A stretch of 64,000 bases of DNA from NCBI GenBank assembly GCA_002898395.1, contig BEHE01000009.1:18988-82987 (forward strand). The letters are read 5' to 3'. The notes below the pieces were generated by a model. The model was not told where the DNA came from. It made no database searches and worked only from the letters and a program-made list of their open reading frames with translations. Each line of letters begins with the position of its first letter. The stretch's first letter is position 1. The stretch is from Candidatus Calditenuaceae archaeon HR02 (lineage in GTDB: Archaea > Thermoproteota > Nitrososphaeria_A > Caldarchaeales > Calditenuaceae). Of the stretch, positions 8,504 through 18,653 are shown in pieces. Both the position numbers and the translations under genes were made by a program.

Positions 8504-10828
8504 TTAGGTTCGCACTACGTCGTGTATCACTATTGTGGTCTTCCCGTCTATCTTGTGTATTGTGGCGAGCGCTTTGAAGACTTTCCCCTTCTTTATTAGG
8601 TCTCTGGGGCCGTTGTATGCTGTTGCGTCGAGCCTCGCCCTAAACCTGTCATCAACCACTACTATCGCGAATCCTGGATAGATCTTCTCGACCATTATCT
8701 CGTGGACTTTCTCGGGGGCCTTGGAAGCCTTCACAGCGGCCTTTGCAACATATCTTTCACCCGACTTGACCACTAGTCCGTCCCTGACTAGCCTGTTCAA
8801 CGATATCCTGACTATGTCGGGGCTGTGGCTGAGAAGGTCCATGGCATCGGCCATGGATAAGCCCTTAACTCCAGCCTCCAGAAGCCTGTCGTAGAGCTCT
8901 CTCCTACACCTGAGAAGCTCCCCATAGCTGATCTTGGAAGTATCAATAGAGGGTTCGCTCTCCTTGGTCTTCTCTAATTCACCTTCAACCACCACTTCTA
9001 GCGCGTCCCGCCTCCAGGGCCACGGCTCTCCGGGCTTAGGCTCAGGCCCCCTCCTCTCGACCTTGAAGCCGCTCAGCTTCTTCGAGACGTTCTCAAGGAT
9101 TTTAGCCATCTTCCTAGCCCTCCTATACCCTTCCCTGAAGTAGTATTCGTCCACTGTTTTCTCCGTGATGAGAATGGTTACTTTCCCAGGTAGTCTCCTA
9201 CCAGTCCTTCCCCTTCTCTGTATGTATCTTATCCCTGAGACTGCCGGCTCGTAGAATATAACGTATCCGCACTCAGGTATGTCTAGGCCCTCCTCTCCTA
9301 TAGATGTGGCTACTAGTACTTTGAATTCTCCCCTCCTGAAGGCATCTAGTATCTTCTTCTGCTCCTCCTGGCTCATCCTCGGGCCCATCTTACCCTCACC
9401 CTTACCTATGAAGAGGTGTGCAGATACTCCTCTAGACCTTAGCCGCTCAACCAGTATCTCGGCCGTGTGCCTAATATTGGCGAATACCATAATCCTGTCA
9501 CCCGGCTTCTCCCTTAGGTGCTGGTCGACTAGGGCTAGGAGGGCCTCGACCTTGCTGTGGTCCTCGCTGCACTTCTCAGCCATCCTGACTAGCTCCTGGA
9601 ATTCTGGTCTCCTAGAGAGCATCTTGTGGCTCTTCAGCTCCGAGTTTGAGATCTCCCTCAGATACTCCCTCAACGAGTAGGCGTGCTGGCTCTCTATCAA
9701 CTCCAAGGCATGGTAGAGGCTCAGGAGCTCAGAGCATAGTGCCACGTAGTGCATGTTCTGGCCCTTAACGCCTGAGTCTATCTCAGCCCTAAGCCTAGCC
9801 ATGAGCTGGACTATCACCTTCCTGTTTATGCCCTCTAGCGGAGACCTGAGCAGGCCATATGTCTGTAGTTGCCTAGCCGTAGACTCTATCATCCGCTTTA
9901 TACGGCTCCTAATCGCCTCGTATGACTGTGGGAGCCCCAGCTTAACCCACGCAACCTTAACCCCTGGAATATAGCTCGAGACATCCTCATCCTCCTCTGT
10001 CCTCCAGACAATCCTCTCTATCCAGAGGTTCTTGACGACCTCGAGCACTCTCTCCTCCTCGCTCCCCGGACTAGCTGTAAGCCCGAGAATCCTGGGCCAC
10101 GGGCATTTCCTAACGTATTCGGACGCGAGCCTAGTATAGGCGTATCTGCTCCTACTTCTGTGGCACTCGTCGAAGACTAGTAGGGCGAACTCCTCAAGCC
10201 TTATCCAGCCCCGTCTATAGTCGTTATAGGCTGTCTGGGGTGTTGAGAATACCAGCCTGATAGAGGGGTTCTCCCAGACCATTCTCCTATTGGTGTCCAC
10301 CACCTCTCCGGTAACGGCCACGGCCTCGCCCTCCGATATGTTGAGGTGTTTTAGGAAGCTCTGCCTGTGCTGTAGGACTAGCGGCTTGGTTGGAGCCATC
10401 ATGAGTATTCTGCATCTAGGATGCCTGTGGAGCAGCTCTGCGGCCACTAGCTCGGCTATGACAGTCTTACCCAGTGCTGTGGGTAGGACTACTAGAGTAT
10501 TGCCCTTGAGGGCTCCCCCAACCATCCCCCTCTGATAATCTCGGTCCTCGATCGTCTCGGTCCTAACCATGGGATGAGTTACAAACTGCCTCATCTCCAC
10601 CCTCTCAACCTCCTCCGTTGTTCTCTCTTGGACGACTGTTTGGTTGGGCGTCGGGGATGCCAATAGACCCTCAGCAACCTTCACCGCATAGATGTGCTTA
10701 CAGTCCCTGCCCTGCTTCTTGGCCCTGTATACGTAGTCAGGGCATGTGCACGTGAATTTTTCCCCGTCAAACGTTACTCTGTAGGTCTTTGAGGGGTCTT
10801 CCTGGCTGGGGACATCCCAGACACGCAT
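8504..10828 (-). CDS. Hef/FANCM-like SF2 helicase with N-terminal SWIM zinc finger, no XPF nuclease domain
   Basis: CTCPD...CKH SWIM motif, then PTALGKT, DECH, TAS, EEGLDIP and QRRGRTGR. The C-terminus looks wHTH plus beta-rich, with no ERK..D motif. Confidence 0.88.
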   Translation of the reverse strand: MRVWDVPSQEDPSKTYRVTFDGEKFTCTCPDYVYRAKKQGRDCKHIYAVKVAEGLLASPTPNQTVVQERTTEEVERVEMRQFVTHPMVRTETIEDRDYQRGMVGGALKGNTLVVLPTALGKTVIAELVAAELLHRHPRCRILMMAPTKPLVLQHRQSFLKHLNISEGEAVAVTGEVVDTNRRMVWENPSIRLVFSTPQTAYNDYRRGWIRLEEFALLVFDECHRSRSRYAYTRLASEYVRKCPWPRILGLTASPGSEEERVLEVVKNLWIERIVWRTEEDEDVSSYIPGVKVAWVKLGLPQSYEAIRSRIKRMIESTARQLQTYGLLRSPLEGINRKVIVQLMARLRAEIDSGVKGQNMHYVALCSELLSLYHALELIESQHAYSLREYLREISNSELKSHKMLSRRPEFQELVRMAEKCSEDHSKVEALLALVDQHLREKPGDRIMVFANIRHTAEILVERLRSRGVSAHLFIGKGEGKMGPRMSQEEQKKILDAFRRGEFKVLVATSIGEEGLDIPECGYVIFYEPAVSGIRYIQRRGRTGRRLPGKVTILITEKTVDEYYFREGYRRARKMAKILENVSKKLSGFKVERRGPEPKPGEPWPWRRDALEVVVEGELEKTKESEPSIDTSKISYGELLRCRRELYDRLLEAGVKGLSMADAMDLLSHSPDIVRISLNRLVRDGLVVKSGERYVAKAAVKASKAPEKVHEIMVEKIYPGFAIVVVDDRFRARLDATAYNGPRDLIKKGKVFKALATIHKIDGKTTIVIHDVVRT

Positions 10829-10882
10829 CTAAGCCTATCTGGCCCACGATTCATAAATATTTTGAATGCCTTCATATGTTTG

Positions 10883-11158
10883 ATGAGCTATCGTAGGGGT
10901 AGGAGGTTTGAGTATGAGGTTAGGGATTATTTTGGGAGTAGGGGCTGGCTTGTAATAAGGGCCGCTAGGAGCAAGCCAGTAGACCTGGTGTGTATTAAGG
11001 GTGGTAGGGTGGTTCTGGTTGAGTGCAGGTATGCTGGAGGAAGGCTCACGAGGAGTGAGAGGAGGAGCCTAGCGAGGATGGCTAGGAGGTATCGTGTCGG
11101 TGTAATTATAGCTCATAGGAGGGTGAGGGGAGGTCTGGAGCTTACGACAGTGAAGTAG
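10883..11158 (+). CDS. Hjc-like Holliday junction resolvase / PD-(D/E)xK nuclease
   Basis: YRRGRRFEYEVRDYF..RGWLVIRAA.S.PVDLV....VVLVECR. The ExK motif reads ECR. Confidence 0.75.
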   Translation: MSYRRGRRFEYEVRDYFGSRGWLVIRAARSKPVDLVCIKGGRVVLVECRYAGGRLTRSERRSLARMARRYRVGVIIAHRRVRGGLELTTVK

Positions 11159-11242
11159 ACTCGATTATCTATTGGAGGCTGTGGAGCCTAGGCCTCATAG
11201 TCAGGCGGCCGCAGATATAACAGATGTCGGGGACGGCTGGGG

Positions 11243-11581
11243 CTATATTTCTAGTGACTCGTCTGGGCTTGTTTCCTTGGGGTTTACCTTTTCAATGGCC
11301 TTTAGAACGTCTTCTAGCCTCTCGTCGGAGAGTAGTTTCCTGAATGTCTCAAGCTCGTCTACTGTCCTTAGGATTAATCCCCTCTTCTTGGTTGGCGCTC
11401 CATCATCACCCACAGGGTTAATCTCTACTAGTAGTGATGCTGGCCTGCCTCTAGATGCTGGTGCCTTGACGACGAATATTCCCGGAGAGCCCCTAACCGG
11501 AACCCTCTGCCAATCCCTACCACTCTCAAGAACCCTCCTCAAAGACTCTTCCAGCGTCATCGGCTGAGGAGGTGAATCCAT
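11243..11581 (-). CDS. Hypothetical protein, probably a conserved archaeal family
   Basis: 112-aa ORF with host-like codon usage and family-like motifs DW.R....PG.F.VK.P and EINPV...G.PTKKRGL. Confidence 0.7.
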   Translation of the reverse strand: MDSPPQPMTLEESLRRVLESGRDWQRVPVRGSPGIFVVKAPASRGRPASLLVEINPVGDDGAPTKKRGLILRTVDELETFRKLLSDERLEDVLKAIEKVNPKETSPDESLEI

Positions 11582-12073
11582 GCATATAAGCGTAGCAGCC
11601 TCTCTTCCTAGCCATAAGCCATCAAAATAATGATTAGACAGTGGATAAGTCAGTTACGCTCAATGGATGAATTGAATACTGTTCCGATGTCTGAAGCTAC
11701 TCAGAGGGCCTGGTTGGGAAGAGGTCTAAGAAAGCCTCCAAGAAGTCACGCGTCAGGGAGAAGGCTAGGAAGACAGCTAAGAAGCCTGTAGAGGCTGGGG
11801 AGAAGCCTGCTGAGACCGAGCCTGTAACTGGGGTTTGGGACTCCGACTTAGCTATCCTCCCTAAATATCGTCATTTTTCGTGGTTCCATCTTGTTAGAAG
11901 GTCTTTTCCAACGCTTGCCACATCCGCTTTCCTTATCGACTACGTAGATTACGGGTCTCTGCATATTTAGTGCGTGTCCCTTGCCTTACCTTGAGGGCGA
12001 ATATGTCCTGGCCCTTCTGCGTCGAGACACTTATTGACTTCCAATACAAGATAAAAGCGGATTCGCAACAGCA

Positions 12074-14353
12074 CTAAGCAACCTCGTCGATCATAGTAGG
12101 GGCGTTCGTGGACAACTCCCTTTCAAACCTGAATATCTTAGCTTCGGCGCCCTCGAACACTTCCTCGTCATGGGTTATAATTATCACCTGCCTAACTGCC
12201 TTGCTCAGGCTAGTGAAGACGTCTAGCAGCCTCTTTCTATTTTCTGAGTCTAAATGGATTGTGGGTTCATCGAGAATGAAGAAGCCCAGTCTCTGGGCGC
12301 CCAACACATCCCCTATCGCGAACCTGAGTGCCAGGGCAAGGGCAACTTTCTCTCCCCCGCTTAGCCTACTCATATCCACTTCTCTGCCCCTGAAGAAGCA
12401 TTTGAACATGATTTTTACGCCGCTTTCCTCGATCTTGACATCATCTATCCTGACGTCAAAGGCGTCTAAGTAGCTCTTGGCGTGGTCTGCAACCTTTCTG
12501 AATATCCACGTCCTCAGGCTCCTCAATACTACACCATCGCGGTAGAACAACTCGTTCCTTACCTTATCCATGAGCCTGTAGAACCTCTCGGCCCTGACAA
12601 GTACTTCCCTGACCCTTTGCAACTCTTTAATCTTCTTTTTAGCCTCCTCAAGCTCTTTCTCAACGCTTTCCAATCTTGCCTCTCGATCGCTGATCAATTT
12701 TATGAGACCCTTTTCTTCGACTTCCAGCCTTCCGAGTTCTTCAGGATTGAATTCCTTTTTCCGAGCCTCCTTCACTCTCTCTTTCAGCCAAGGGAGGAGC
12801 TGCTCTCCCTCTTCTCCGATTAGCCTACTAATGTCCTCGAGTAGCTGGTCTTCTAGATTGACTTCTCCCCAGATCACTTGATTTAGCGTCTCCAAACTCC
12901 GCTTAGCCTCCTCTAACATGGCTTTAGCTTTCTTAACACCTTCCGGGCCCCCGATCTTTTCTAGTTCTTCCGACGCCCTCTTAACCTCTTCACGTAGCCA
13001 TGAGACCTCTTTCCCATATAACTTGCTGAGGTTATCTCTCTCCTTCTTGGCTTCATCTAATTTCTTTGTGAGAGAGCGTAGTTCCCGGTCTATTTCCTCG
13101 AGCTGCTTACTTACCTGGTCGCGCTCCTTTTCCCGGTTGGCAACATGGCTTGCTAAGGCGGAGCTATACGCCTCTGAGACCACCGCCACAACCTCTTCTA
13201 CTTCTTGGTCTACCTGTAGGCTGAGGAGATTTATCTGGCCTCCCTTACTAATAGCTAGGGTTCTGCCCAGCTCGATCGCGTCATCCCTAAGCTTCTCGGC
13301 TTTGACGCGGGCCTCCTTTTCAAGTTCTTTTAAGGTCTTAGCTTTCGAAGCATCCACCTTGACCCTGCCCAGCTCGTCTTCTATCTCCTTCAAGCGTTTA
13401 CTCGCTTCTTCCCTCCTCGCCTTCAGTGAGAATAAGTCGCCTTTAATCTTCTCGATCTTCTTATCAAGTTCCTCTACACTCTTAACTCTCTTTTCTATAT
13501 CGTCCTTCAACTCTATCAACTTAAGATACTCTAAGCCCTTCTCCGAGATGTCTCGCAACCGGGTCACTTTATCATTCAATAAATCCCTAAGCGTTAGGAG
13601 GTCTAATCGTATTTTTTCAAGAAGTTCTCTCACCTGTCTCAGCTCCTTAATCCTTGCGTCTACTTTTTCTTTCATTCGTTTAAGCTTATCTAGCTCCTTT
13701 TGTAGTGATGCTCTTGTTTCCTCACCTGTTTCGGCCTTCTTTTCAAGCCCTCTTAGTTCTTCACCCACCTTATCGGCCTCTCGCGGGGGCCTCCCAACCT
13801 CCCTGACCACCCTCTCTTCAAAGCTTTTGAGGACTTCAAGCATGGCATAGTAGGCTTTTTCCATGGCAGTGAGACCCATTAAGTCGTCGAACAGCTCTTT
13901 GAGGTCTTTTGGATCAGCGGAGAGTATCTTATCGAGTTCTCCCTGCTGGATTATCACCGCGGTTCTCATCCTATCGTAGTTTAGTTCGAACAGTTCTTGA
14001 ACAGCCTTTGATACGGTTTCTTCCCCTCTCTTCTCACCGGAGGCAATTAATTCCCCATCCTTTCTCAGCGTAGCGGATTCAAGGTTTCCTCTCACGTCAA
14101 AGCTCCTAACGATCTGATACTTACTGCCCCTATACTCGAATTCGAGCTCAACTCTACCGCTGTCTGTCCCGTCTCTCACAATATTCCTATTTCCGCCCTT
14201 CATGTGCTTCCCATAGAGGGCGTAGGTTATCCCGTCTATCACGGAGCTCTTGCCAGAGCCGTTTCTCCCAAGGAAGATAGTCAATCCTTCTGGAAACTTT
14301 ATCTCGGTTTCTTTGTGGCAGGTGAAGTTTAGGAGCTTAACCCTCACTATCAC
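12074..14353 (-). CDS. rad50: Rad50 ATPase lacking the CXXC zinc hook
   Basis: GRNGSGKSS Walker A, QQGE Q-loop, LSGGE signature, ILDEPT Walker B, ITH switch and long coiled coil. Follows mre11. Confidence 0.93.
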   Translation of the reverse strand: MIVRVKLLNFTCHKETEIKFPEGLTIFLGRNGSGKSSVIDGITYALYGKHMKGGNRNIVRDGTDSGRVELEFEYRGSKYQIVRSFDVRGNLESATLRKDGELIASGEKRGEETVSKAVQELFELNYDRMRTAVIIQQGELDKILSADPKDLKELFDDLMGLTAMEKAYYAMLEVLKSFEERVVREVGRPPREADKVGEELRGLEKKAETGEETRASLQKELDKLKRMKEKVDARIKELRQVRELLEKIRLDLLTLRDLLNDKVTRLRDISEKGLEYLKLIELKDDIEKRVKSVEELDKKIEKIKGDLFSLKARREEASKRLKEIEDELGRVKVDASKAKTLKELEKEARVKAEKLRDDAIELGRTLAISKGGQINLLSLQVDQEVEEVVAVVSEAYSSALASHVANREKERDQVSKQLEEIDRELRSLTKKLDEAKKERDNLSKLYGKEVSWLREEVKRASEELEKIGGPEGVKKAKAMLEEAKRSLETLNQVIWGEVNLEDQLLEDISRLIGEEGEQLLPWLKERVKEARKKEFNPEELGRLEVEEKGLIKLISDREARLESVEKELEEAKKKIKELQRVREVLVRAERFYRLMDKVRNELFYRDGVVLRSLRTWIFRKVADHAKSYLDAFDVRIDDVKIEESGVKIMFKCFFRGREVDMSRLSGGEKVALALALRFAIGDVLGAQRLGFFILDEPTIHLDSENRKRLLDVFTSLSKAVRQVIIITHDEEVFEGAEAKIFRFERELSTNAPTMIDEVA

Positions 14354-15473
14354 TCCCAGCCCAATCCCTCGGCCACGATTTCCAAAGCTTCCAGACAGCT
14401 TCCTTCGCGTTTACTAGATCTCCTGAAGCTAGGCGAGGGAGTAGCTCGTTTAGGGCAAAATCTATGACCTTCTCGTCTCCTATCGCCTTCACCGCGAGCC
14501 TTCTGAGCTCCCCATCAATACTAATCTCCGGCTCGCTTGCGTATACCTTTCCCTCAGTTGGGGCTGGAATCACCTGTAGCCTCTTGATTATGAACTTATC
14601 ACTAAGCCTCTGCTCAATACTCTGGACACTTACCGGCCTATCGGCCTTGACGACAAGCCATAAGCATGGCTTGGACGGATAGTCGACGCCGGTGATCTCC
14701 TTGACCTTCTCGTCAAGCTCTCTTACATCTACCTCGAGTCTGAGTTTCGGCCTAACGTTTGGGAGCCTGACCCATTCGGCTAGGGCCTGATCACCTGATA
14801 AATCCACTATGAAGACGCCGCACTCACCGGAGTCGTCGACCTTGACCCAATGCGTTGCTCCGGGGTAGGCTAGTAGTCCACTTCCCCAATTCCGTTTATA
14901 GCTCTTATGAATGTGCCCCATCGCATAGTAGTCGAATCCGGCAGGTAGCTCGAATATCGAGAGCTCGGCTCCAAGCTCCCAGGCCTCCTTTATCCCCTGA
15001 TGGAGGACTAGGACCTTCTTTCCCCCTATATTCGGTAGCATCCTCTGAATTTTTTCAAATTTTTCTATGAGAGATTTCCACTCAACCCGCTTATGCTTAT
15101 GGAGGCCTATTACGGTAACCCCTCCAACTTGGTATGGTTCGCCTGTTCCAATATATCTGCCGAGGCCCTGTAGCTGTAGGATTATGGGATGCGGCGTTGA
15201 GGGGACGTTGCTTATGTCATGCTCTCCGAGCGTGAATAAGAATGGGATGCCGCGCCCTTTCAGCTTTCTCACTTCCTGGATCAAGACCTTCATTGCTGTT
15301 CCATAGGGTTTCGGCTCATGTAGAATGTCTCCTGAGTGGATTACGAGTTCAACTCTTTCTCTGATGAATAGGTCTATGGCATCCTTAAACGCATTGTAGT
15401 GGTCTTCTTCTCTCTCTGGCTCGACTCCCGCATGGACCCCCAGATGCGTGTCGGATATGTGACCGATCATCAT
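14337..15473 (-). CDS. mre11: Mre11 nuclease
   Basis: HISDTHLG, HSGD, GEHD and GHIH phosphoesterase motifs. Start at 15473 gives an ATGA overlap with the herA stop. Confidence 0.93.
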   Translation of the reverse strand: MMIGHISDTHLGVHAGVEPEREEDHYNAFKDAIDLFIRERVELVIHSGDILHEPKPYGTAMKVLIQEVRKLKGRGIPFLFTLGEHDISNVPSTPHPIILQLQGLGRYIGTGEPYQVGGVTVIGLHKHKRVEWKSLIEKFEKIQRMLPNIGGKKVLVLHQGIKEAWELGAELSIFELPAGFDYYAMGHIHKSYKRNWGSGLLAYPGATHWVKVDDSGECGVFIVDLSGDQALAEWVRLPNVRPKLRLEVDVRELDEKVKEITGVDYPSKPCLWLVVKADRPVSVQSIEQRLSDKFIIKRLQVIPAPTEGKVYASEPEISIDGELRRLAVKAIGDEKVIDFALNELLPRLASGDLVNAKEAVWKLWKSWPRDWAGSDSEG

Positions 15474-16966
15474 AGCTTTATCAGCTCCTCCGTCGAGTAG
15501 TCGGAACCAGAACCATACTCTCTCTCCCATAAATCGACTGCATCCAAGTCTCTACCGATCAACTTCTCCTCTACGAGATCCACCTTAACGAGGGCTGGAA
15601 CTTTGATGAACTGGCCTGCGAGTATCATCTCTCCTGGGTTCAGGCTTGGTAGAGAGGTGCCGAGCTCTTCTGATACGTCGTCGGTGACCTCCCTGACGAA
15701 GTTCTGGTCTTTTGGATGTATTAGACCTGAGATCGCAAAGCTCCCCATCTGACTTATCGTGTCGGCGTCCAGCTTGCTCGGCCTCTGCGAGATGATTATC
15801 AGCGATACCCCGAACTTCCTACCCTCCCTAGCAATTCTCGCGATTATCTCCGAGCACCTAGTCCGCCTTTCTGATGGGAGGAATGCATGAGCCTCCTCTA
15901 TCACCACTATCACAGGCGACTTGAACTTCGCCCCGCCCTCGCCCCTAACCGCATTCTTCCTATCCTGCAGTATCTCTTCTAGGTAGCGATCAACTATGAT
16001 TTGGGACTGATATTCCGTCAACTCTGAGATATCGAGGACGTTTACCCTATTGTTGACGATTACATCGAGTGGGCTTCTAGCCGAAGGATCGAATACCTTT
16101 CCCCACACGGTTAGAGCCCTGTTGATTATCTCGGTAACGCTCACAGCCCTAATCCTCGTCTGGAAATCAAAGTTGTTATCATCCACGGCTATTGCCTGAA
16201 GTCTTCCAATAATAGCCCCCCAGAAGTCTTCAGCCTCCCTAACCTCTTGAGTATAGACTTGTTGAAGTAAGCCCCTCTGCCTTTCGGCATCCCTCCTGAC
16301 TCCCACCAAGTCTGCCAACTCCTCTGCATCTAGGTATCGGGGATTTATCTTCGGTATGGTAATCTTTATTCCGGGGATTCTTAACTGATCGTATTCTCCA
16401 TGATAGTCGAATATCACCATGGTCCCATGTCTTTCGGAGACCTTCTTAGCGAGAAGGGCTAAGAGATTTGACTTGCCCTTGCCAGTTGCCGCCAATATCG
16501 CTAGATGCCTCGAGGCGACCATGTTCAAGTTTATCGATACCCTGACCTCGGGCCTTCTCAGCAGATAGCCCACGCCCACCCATCTCTTCCCCTCGGAGCC
16601 GTAGATACTCTTCAGCAAATCATCTCCGGCCGGTTTAACAGATGCTCCAGGCTCAGGCGGCAACGTAGGGTAAATTCTCCTACCCTCCAATAGCTCATTA
16701 ACGAGTCCAAGAGCCCTAGCGATGCCTATCCTAACCCTATCTCTCGGGTTCTTACTGCTTGCCCGCCTCACCTCGTCAGCAGTTTGGTAATCTGTTTCAT
16801 TTTGCAACAACTCACTGATGTTCCTAAACCCCTCAACCATGTAGACTATGGGCCCATCCTCGGTGTCCACAACTACATAATCCCCAACTCTTACTGGGTA
16901 CTTCGCCACGAACTCTATCCTATCGGGTCTCGCCTCCCCTATCACGATTCCGACCTCGTCGCTCAT
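15470..16966 (-). CDS. herA: HerA DNA translocase
   Basis: N-terminal HAS barrel, RHLAILAATGKGKS, DYHGEY, IEEAH, REGRKFG and SQRPS motifs. Confidence 0.95.
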   Translation of the reverse strand: MSDEVGIVIGEARPDRIEFVAKYPVRVGDYVVVDTEDGPIVYMVEGFRNISELLQNETDYQTADEVRRASSKNPRDRVRIGIARALGLVNELLEGRRIYPTLPPEPGASVKPAGDDLLKSIYGSEGKRWVGVGYLLRRPEVRVSINLNMVASRHLAILAATGKGKSNLLALLAKKVSERHGTMVIFDYHGEYDQLRIPGIKITIPKINPRYLDAEELADLVGVRRDAERQRGLLQQVYTQEVREAEDFWGAIIGRLQAIAVDDNNFDFQTRIRAVSVTEIINRALTVWGKVFDPSARSPLDVIVNNRVNVLDISELTEYQSQIIVDRYLEEILQDRKNAVRGEGGAKFKSPVIVVIEEAHAFLPSERRTRCSEIIARIAREGRKFGVSLIIISQRPSKLDADTISQMGSFAISGLIHPKDQNFVREVTDDVSEELGTSLPSLNPGEMILAGQFIKVPALVKVDLVEEKLIGRDLDAVDLWEREYGSGSDYSTEELIKL

Positions 16967-17850
16967 TCCTCAAGCACCTCCCTAGCCTCGACCCATCCGG
17001 TTAGGCCGGCCGTCTTACAGATAAGATCCATTAACTGGTCTGGCAGGTTGGCGGTCTTGTGGGCTAGCCTGAGGGCGTAGGGATAGCCAGCGATGGACCT
17101 TTCACGCAGAACGTCTATGAACCATTTGACGGAGTCTTCTTCTACTACGGCTGGCACTTCTATGTGCAGGGCGTTGGAGTGCTCTGACAATCTAACGTAG
17201 AATATCGAGAACTTATAATCTTCTCTTTCGATGACATGTGGTGCCGTATACCCTACCCCCTTGGTTGCATGGTTAATGTAATATACGTCTCCGAGAACTC
17301 CGCCGAATAGGCTTTTATCATGCGAATATTTCGAGACGAATGCTAGCTTATCGTTGCCCATGAGAGGTTTAACGTAGGCCATGTATTCAGTCTGAAGGCT
17401 TTTGGAAATTCTTTTACTGATATCAGCCAGCCTAGCAATAAGGGAGCCATCAACTAGAACTAGGTCAGGGTCCTCCTCTTCGGAAACATTATAGGCTATG
17501 CTATGCTCGTGGATCTCGGCCTGGTACTTAAGGAAGAGATCTGGAGACAGGGCCGCGTCGTAGGGGTCGCCTGATAACATATCAACATCCGTTACGGATT
17601 GGTAGGTGTTCACGGCCTCATCAACGGCTGCCGCCTTCATGGCGTAGATATAGAAGCCTGTGTAGAGCCTGTAGTTCCAACCGCTGTCAATAGCGAGGAT
17701 ACCAGCCCTTCTCGGCTTTGGGCTATATTCTATATAGCAAGCCCTCGCCCTGTCCAAGATCTCTTTAACCGTTCCCGCCCCATCCGTTCTCTTAAATTCC
17801 TCGAGCTTGGCCTTCAGGCGGACGGCCTTCTCGAAAAGCTCCTCCAGCAT
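16963..17850 (-). CDS. nurA: NurA nuclease
   Basis: AIDSG, LVDGSL, VSK and GYPYALRLAH motifs. First gene of the operon. Confidence 0.9.
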   Translation of the reverse strand: MLEELFEKAVRLKAKLEEFKRTDGAGTVKEILDRARACYIEYSPKPRRAGILAIDSGWNYRLYTGFYIYAMKAAAVDEAVNTYQSVTDVDMLSGDPYDAALSPDLFLKYQAEIHEHSIAYNVSEEEDPDLVLVDGSLIARLADISKRISKSLQTEYMAYVKPLMGNDKLAFVSKYSHDKSLFGGVLGDVYYINHATKGVGYTAPHVIEREDYKFSIFYVRLSEHSNALHIEVPAVVEEDSVKWFIDVLRERSIAGYPYALRLAHKTANLPDQLMDLICKTAGLTGWVEAREVLEE

Positions 17851-17963
17851 CGAGTAAAGGCTTGACCAACGGGTATATATGAATTGGTGGTCCTCCCAGC
17901 GATTTTTCTCAGCATCTCCACTATCGATTCATGGATACATACTTCAAACTAGCTCCAAACCTT

Positions 17964-18653
17964 CTAGATTAGATTGGTTAGGTAACTCTTAATCCGTATA
18001 TAACTGGGAGCTCGGTCACTATGTGGAGCTCCCTGAATAATTTGTCTCGAGATTACTATGCTTAGCTCCCCCCTGGCTTGGGCTTCCAGCCTCCTAGTGT
18101 GTGCTGCCTTTATCAGCTCCGCTATTGATTCTGGGTCTCTCCTTATGTCTGATGCCTGTATTCTGAATACGTCGTATCCAGCCTCCCTCAGCGTCTCAAT
18201 CTTCCTCATGTCCTTCTCCTGTATCCTTTCCTGGTAGTGCTGGAGGCCGTCAACCTCGACGACTATCATGCTATCCGGTATGAGTATGTCCACGTTATAT
18301 CCCTCGAAGTACACGTTGGTCACGTGGCGTATGTCCCGTCTCCAGAGCTCCACCGAGAGCCTGCGCTCCTACCAAGAAACCCTCAGCATCTTAACCCTGA
18401 CCCTTAGTCTTGAAGAGCCTTTATCAATTGCCTCCATGATGGCCCTCTCGACACCCTCGTCGCCCTCCGCTACCAAGTATATTGCAAAGCCGTTGCTCGG
18501 GTGCTTAGTCGTATATGTGACCGGCGCATGCTCCAGCAGACGCCTCACACTCTTGACTGAAGAACTTTTAACACCTCCATCCTTCCTAACCTGAACTCGG
18601 ACCCCTCCCCCCTTTTCTCTCCTCATCCTTATTATTCTCTCCTCCACGCGCAT
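17964..18653 (-). pseudogene. DUF559/Vsr-like endonuclease gene interrupted by one in-frame TAG (18369-18371)
   Basis: ORFs 18369-18653 and 17964-18353 share a frame and read VSW*ERRLSVELWRRDIRH...YNVDILIP...VVEVDGLQHY...D..K...L...GY.V.RI. Confidence 0.7.

Noticed and set aside
11695-11970. Lys-rich open frame KRSKKASKKSRVREKARKTAKK
   Set aside because: No ATG/GTG/TTG start after the upstream stop and no recognisable family.
12918-13850. 310-aa plus-strand ORF, and similar Ser/Leu/Phe-rich ORFs such as 2922-3251 and 61867-62346
   Set aside because: Antisense shadows of E/K-rich coiled-coil genes.
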